Positions 27,365-31,779 of a stretch of 31,779 bases of DNA are shown here, in pieces. The notes beneath the pieces were generated by a model. It was not told the origin of the DNA. It worked only from the letters and a program-made list of their open reading frames with translations, and searched no databases. The stretch is taken from assembly GCA_028697435.1 (NCBI GenBank), contig JAQVFD010000001.1, forward strand, positions 1 through 31,779, in the 5' to 3' direction. A program made the translations under genes and the position numbers. How positions within the stretch are numbered: the stretch's first letter is position 1; every line of letters begins with the position of its first letter. Source of the stretch: Clostridiaceae bacterium. Its GTDB lineage: Bacteria; Bacillota; Clostridia; Lutisporales; Lutisporaceae.

Positions 27365-28746
27365 ATGGCAAAGAGAATAGTAATAAATCCAATAACCCGT
27401 ATCAGCGGATTTATGGAAATAGAAGCTTTCATTGAAAACAATATTATTGTGGATGCAAAAACCGAAGGACTTCTTTTCCGTGGCTTTGAGAAAATGCTGG
27501 TTGGTAGAAGTCCTTTTGATGCGGTGTATTTTACGGAAAGAATCTGCGGTATATGCTCCACGGCTCACGGAGTGGCATCAACAATGGCACTTGAAGCAGC
27601 AATGAAAGTTATACCAACAGAACAAGGCAGATATTTGCGGGATATAATACACGGGTGTGAGTTTCTGCAGAACCATATCCGTCATTTTTACCAATATACT
27701 ACACCGGACTTTATTAAGCTTCCGGAGAACTATCCCTTATATGTTACTGATCATAATGATTTCAGACTTCCTGAAGAAAAAAATGCCCTTCTTGTAAAGC
27801 ATTACTTCGAATCACTTGATTTAAGCCGCCAAGCCCATGAAATGCTGGCAGTACTGGGGGGAAAAGCGCCCCATAATCATGGTGTCTTCATAGGCGGAAT
27901 CACTACACAAGCTTCAACAGACAAGATAATAAAGATAAAATCGATTCTTAATTCCATTAATCAATTTATCCGGGACAAAATGATACCGGATGCATATACA
28001 ATCGGAGAATACTATCAGGACTATTACCATAACGGGGGCGGATACGGAAATCTGCTCAGCTATGGGTGCTTTAACAATTATGCTGAATTGGGAACATTAT
28101 ATGTTGATCCGCTGGCATATAAGGATGGCAGTATCCGACCCTTTTATCCATCAGGTATTTCGGAAGAAATTGACTATTCCTGGTATTCTGATGATACCGA
28201 GCCCTATATGGATAAACCAAAGGCTTATTCCTGGGTAAAGGCTGCACGATACTATGGAATTCCCTTTGAAACAGGCCCATTGGCAAGACAATGGTTAAGC
28301 GGAGAATACAGACATGGGATATCAACCATGGACAGGACTATTGCCAGAGTCCTGGAAGCAAAAAAAATTACTGAGGTAATAGGGGTACTACTCGAAAATA
28401 TTACTCCTGATGTATCGGTGCAAAAGGAATATTCAATTCCCGAAGCAGCAGAGGGGGAGGGTTTGATTGATACGACCAGGGGAGCGTTGGGGCACTGGAT
28501 AGAGATTGATGACCGGGTTATTTCCTTCTATCAGATTATTACGCCTTCCGGATGGAATCTTTCGACACGCAGCGGTAATAACTTAAAGGGTACTGCTGAA
28601 AAGGCCCTGATTGGTACAACAATACAAAATTCTGACAACCCTGTAGAACTGGGAAGGATTATAAGATCTTTTGATCCGTGTGTATCTTGTCAACTCATGT
28701 ATATTCAGATGGTAGGCATATAAAGACATTAAAGGTTGTTCCATGA
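27365..28746 (+). pseudogene. [NiFe]-hydrogenase large subunit with an apparent 1-nt deletion in the L2 motif (as sequenced the ORF ends at 28723)
   Basis: TRISG, RGFE, L1 ERICGICSTAH, RGALGHW, YQIITPSGWN, FDPCVSC; the canonical continuation xTH-VYSDGRHIKTLKVVP* is in the adjacent frame (28693-28746). Confidence 0.85.
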
Positions 28747-29465
28747 AAAGCATACTGGTTATTGGAATCGGCAGTCGGATTATGATGGATGATGCCATAG
28801 GAACACTTGTTGTTGAAGATTTGCAGAAGCATAATAATCCAAATGTCAAATATTTGTCCGGAGAAACCGATGTTGATTACTGCATTGGGGAAATTTCAGA
28901 CTACGAATATGTAGTTGTAATTGATGCTTTTATATCAGGAAAACAACCGGGGGAAATAACAATAGTCCCTTTTAGCCGGCTGAATGCTGAGAAGGAGGAT
29001 TGCTTATATTCCATGCACGGAATGCATTGTCTTAATATGATAAAACATGCTGGAAAAGTTCCAAATGGTACACTCATAGGAATTGAACCCTATGATATTA
29101 ATTTCGGTTCGTCTTTGAGCAATACGCTTAAAAGCTGTTATCCCTGTATTCTAAGAGATGTTCAAAATCACTTGGTAAATATATTAAAAGAACTGGAGGA
29201 AGGAAAAATGCATGATACTTTTTTGTTAAAAAGAATTTCGGATGCTCTCGGTGCCCTATGCAGTACAAACAGGTTTTCAAAAATAACAAAGCTTCAGGTG
29301 ACTACCTGCAAGAATAGTCATATTGAACATGACAACCTTTTTGAACAATTATTAAAGGATCACAATGAATCAGTAGGAGAATGGACAGAAATAATTATAA
29401 TAAGACGGGATATTGAAGATAATACTGCGGTTATTGACAGTGTTGAAGGTGAAACCTTTGAATGA
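28743..29465 (+). CDS. Hydrogenase maturation endopeptidase (about 155 aa) read in frame into a HypA-like domain
   Basis: VIGIGSRIMMDDAIG, VVVIDA, SMHG, LIGIEP; no stop before MHDTFLL at 29208. Confidence 0.85.
   Translation: MKSILVIGIGSRIMMDDAIGTLVVEDLQKHNNPNVKYLSGETDVDYCIGEISDYEYVVVIDAFISGKQPGEITIVPFSRLNAEKEDCLYSMHGMHCLNMIKHAGKVPNGTLIGIEPYDINFGSSLSNTLKSCYPCILRDVQNHLVNILKELEEGKMHDTFLLKRISDALGALCSTNRFSKITKLQVTTCKNSHIEHDNLFEQLLKDHNESVGEWTEIIIIRRDIEDNTAVIDSVEGETFE
29208..29465 (+). CDS. HypA-like protein of 85 aa lacking CxxC zinc motifs (internal start within the fused ORF)
   Basis: Own GGAGG SD at 29195-29199, MHD N-terminus resembling HypA MHE, C-terminal IDSVEGE resembling the HypA terminal strand. 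Confidence 0.55.
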   Translation: MHDTFLLKRISDALGALCSTNRFSKITKLQVTTCKNSHIEHDNLFEQLLKDHNESVGEWTEIIIIRRDIEDNTAVIDSVEGETFE

Positions 29466-31179
29466 AAGCGGATTATTATACTATATTACTGACAGCCGGG
29501 GTACCGTGATCAAATGTGCTGATGCAATAGCAGAAACAGCTGATATTATTAAAGAAGGTAAAATTGTTGCTTTAAAAGGAATCGGTGGTTTTCATCTGTG
29601 CTGTGATGCATTTAATGCTAAAGCTATAGACGAGCTTAGAAAAAGAAAAAACAGGCCCCATAAGCCTTTTGCCCTTATGGCAGCAAATATCGATGTACTT
29701 CGAGACCACTGTACACTTTCAGATAATGAACCGGAACTTCTGACATCTTCCAAAAGGCCTATAGTGCTGCTAAAAAAAAATGAGAACTCCACGCTTCCGG
29801 ATTGCATTGCTCCGGGGCTCAGGCGCCTGGGTGTGATGCTTCCCTATTTTCATCTTCACAATCTGCTTTTTAATAAAGGCTTGGAATTCCTGATAATGAC
29901 CAGCGGGAATGCCGGAGGTGCACCTATTCAATATAAGGATGATGAGGTAATCCTTCATTTAAATGGAGTTGCGGATTTTTTCCTGTTTCATGACCGGAAT
30001 ATTCACAATCCTATTGATGATTCCGTTGTAAAGTTTGCAGCCGGTAAGGAGATGGTAAGCAGAAGGGGTAGGGGTTATATCCCTTTTGACATAAAACTAT
30101 CTGAGTCAGATTCTGTTTTGGCATTGGGAGCAGAAGAAAAAAGCTCAATATGCCTGTCTAAGGCTGGATATGCTTATATTAGCCGGTACCTTGGTGATTT
30201 AAAAGATTTGAACTCATATGACTTATTTATTAAAACTATTGATGATATGACTTCATTGTATCAATTGAAGCCAAAGATATATGCTCATGATTTTCACCCT
30301 CAATATCTGTCTGCCCGGTATGCTATGGAGCAGCAGGGCAGGAGGGTTGCAGTCCAGCATCATCATGCTCATATGGTCAGCTGCATGGTAGAACACAATC
30401 TATATGACAATACCATCGGTGTTATTTTTGATGGTACCGGCTTAGGGAGTGATGGAAGCATATGGGGCGGGGAGTTTTTGTTGGGAAACATAAAAGGTTT
30501 TAAGCGGATCGGGCATCTGAAACCCGTAATACTTCAAGGAGGAGACAAGGCGATCAAAGAACCATGGCGATGTGCTGCAGCCTACTTATATAGCTTGGGT
30601 TATGAGCCTGAGGATTACCTGGAACAAGAAAAAATACCTGATATAACAGTTATTAAGCAGGCGCTGGCTTCAAATCTTAATTGCTATCTGTCTACCAGTA
30701 TGGGCAGGCTCTTTGACTGTGCAGCAGCGCTTATCGGTTTAAGGCAAGTTATTACCTATGATGCACAAGGAGCTATCGAATTGGAGAATATTGCGGTTTC
30801 GGGTATTGATGATCAAAGTTACTCTTACAGTATATATGAAAATAATAATGATTTATTAGAGCTTGATTATAGGGGTATCATTTCGGATTTACTTATAGAC
30901 AAAAAATACGGAACATCAGCTTCAATAATGTCTGCAAGATTTCACAATACAATTTCCGAATCAACTGTTGACATGCTTTTAAAACTTAGAAATAAGTATC
31001 ATATAAATCAAATTGTTCTAAGCGGTGGGGTTTTTGAAAATACGTATCTGTTGGAATCGGCTTATCAGAAACTTAAAAAAGAAGGCTTCAGTGTATATTT
31101 CAACGGGCAGATACCTATTAATGACAGCGGTATTTCTGTAGGGCAATTAGCTATAGCAAATGAATACCTAGGAGGATAA
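29462..31179 (+). pseudogene. hypF: Carbamoyltransferase HypF lacking the acylphosphatase and zinc-finger domains; coupled ATG is out of frame
   Basis: Begins just before KGIGGFHLCCDA (YrdC-like domain); MTSGN, DDSVV, HDFHPQYLS, VQHHHAH, FDGTGLGSDGSIWGGE, STSMGRLFD, SGGVFEN, PINDSGISVGQ present; no GxVQGVGFR or CxxC motifs. Confidence 0.85.
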
Positions 31180-31183
31180 AAAC

Positions 31184-31420
31184 ATGTGTCTCGCAGTACC
31201 CGGAAGAATTGTGTCCATTGATGGGATTTGGGCACAAGCAGAGATTATGGGAGTGCTAAGTACTGTAAATATCCAGCTCATACATAATCCGACTATTGAA
31301 GATTGCATATTGATCCATACAGGTTGTGCAATACAGAAGATAAGCATTGAAAATGCTTTGTATTTGCAGGAACTCTTATCGGAACTAAATATTGAGGATG
31401 ATATTAATGGATACAGTTAG
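31184..31420 (+). CDS. hypC: Hydrogenase assembly chaperone HypC/HupF
   Basis: MCLAVPGRIV N-terminus, LIHTGCAI. Confidence 0.93.
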   Translation: MCLAVPGRIVSIDGIWAQAEIMGVLSTVNIQLIHNPTIEDCILIHTGCAIQKISIENALYLQELLSELNIEDDINGYS

Positions 31421-31779
31421 TATAGCAAGAAAGCTGATTAATAAAATAAGTATATACTGTGAAGAAGAACTAAGCTTTATGGAGGTGTGCGGGACCCACA
31501 CCCACGAAATCTCGCGGTCAGGAATCAGAAGTATGCTGCCGCAAAACCTTACACTTCTTTCAGGACCCGGATGCCCTGTATGCGTAACCGATGAAGGCAT
31601 TATAGATACTGCGATTGAAATTCTAAGTTATAATGATGTGATCTTAGCAACTTTTGGTGATATGGTACGGGTCAGAGGGACTCACGAAAGCATTTGGGAT
31701 CAGCTGGATAAACGAAAAAATATTGTTATAGTATATTCACCTTTGGATTGTCTTGAGATTGCAAAAAATAATCCGGAAA
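31407..31779 (+). CDS. hypD: Hydrogenase formation protein HypD, N-terminal part (runs off the window; not in the ORF track)
   Basis: Frame from ATG 31407 is open to the edge and reads FMEVCGTHTH, SGPGCPVCVT, TFGDMVRV, VYSPLD. Confidence 0.93.
   Translation, partial: MDTVSIARKLINKISIYCEEELSFMEVCGTHTHEISRSGIRSMLPQNLTLLSGPGCPVCVTDEGIIDTAIEILSYNDVILATFGDMVRVRGTHESIWDQLDKRKNIVIVYSPLDCLEIAKNNPE

Noticed and set aside
28673-28690. [NiFeSe] hydrogenase
   Set aside because: The first L2 cysteine is encoded by TGT, not TGA.
19-31600. The many short antisense or alternate-frame ORFs in the track (e.g. 2640-3233, 3160-3606, 8407-8901, 11318-11755, 26271-26669)
   Set aside because: They lie wholly opposite or inside well-supported genes, lack SD sequences and recognisable motifs; treated as shadow ORFs.
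1-31779. Prophage, transposase or defence-system genes
   Set aside because: No such motifs recognised in any long ORF; all long ORFs are accounted for.

Overview
AT-rich chromosomal window from an endospore-forming Clostridia-like Firmicute (inferred from spoVS, an alpha/beta SASP, sporulation-sigma-like promoters, a Cheo-type SOS box and gene order). Bases 1-10.8 kb are core genome: cinA(3' end)-recA-recX-rny-ymdB-spoVS, then PHP phosphoesterase-aspartate aminotransferase-purB-asnS, a small membrane-protein ORF broken by an in-frame TGA, and tRNA-Trp. Accessory modules follow: (i) DUF917 protein + NCS1 permease + M29/COG2309-like metalloenzyme + PucR-family regulator with a candidate operator, (ii) L,D-transpeptidase and SASP, (iii) a secreted helical-repeat protein, an OmpR-type two-component system and a MacAB/TolC-like export operon with a duplicated adaptor, (iv) a DUF5661-like gene divergent from a cytochrome-b5-linked cytoplasmic [NiFe]-hydrogenase operon, both behind mother-cell sigma-like promoters. 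The hydrogenase operon carries three anomalies: a 1-nt frameshift in the large-subunit L2 motif, a protease/HypA-like in-frame fusion, and an N-terminally deleted hypF. hypD runs off the right edge. All family assignments are from motif recognition by eye; no database search was run.
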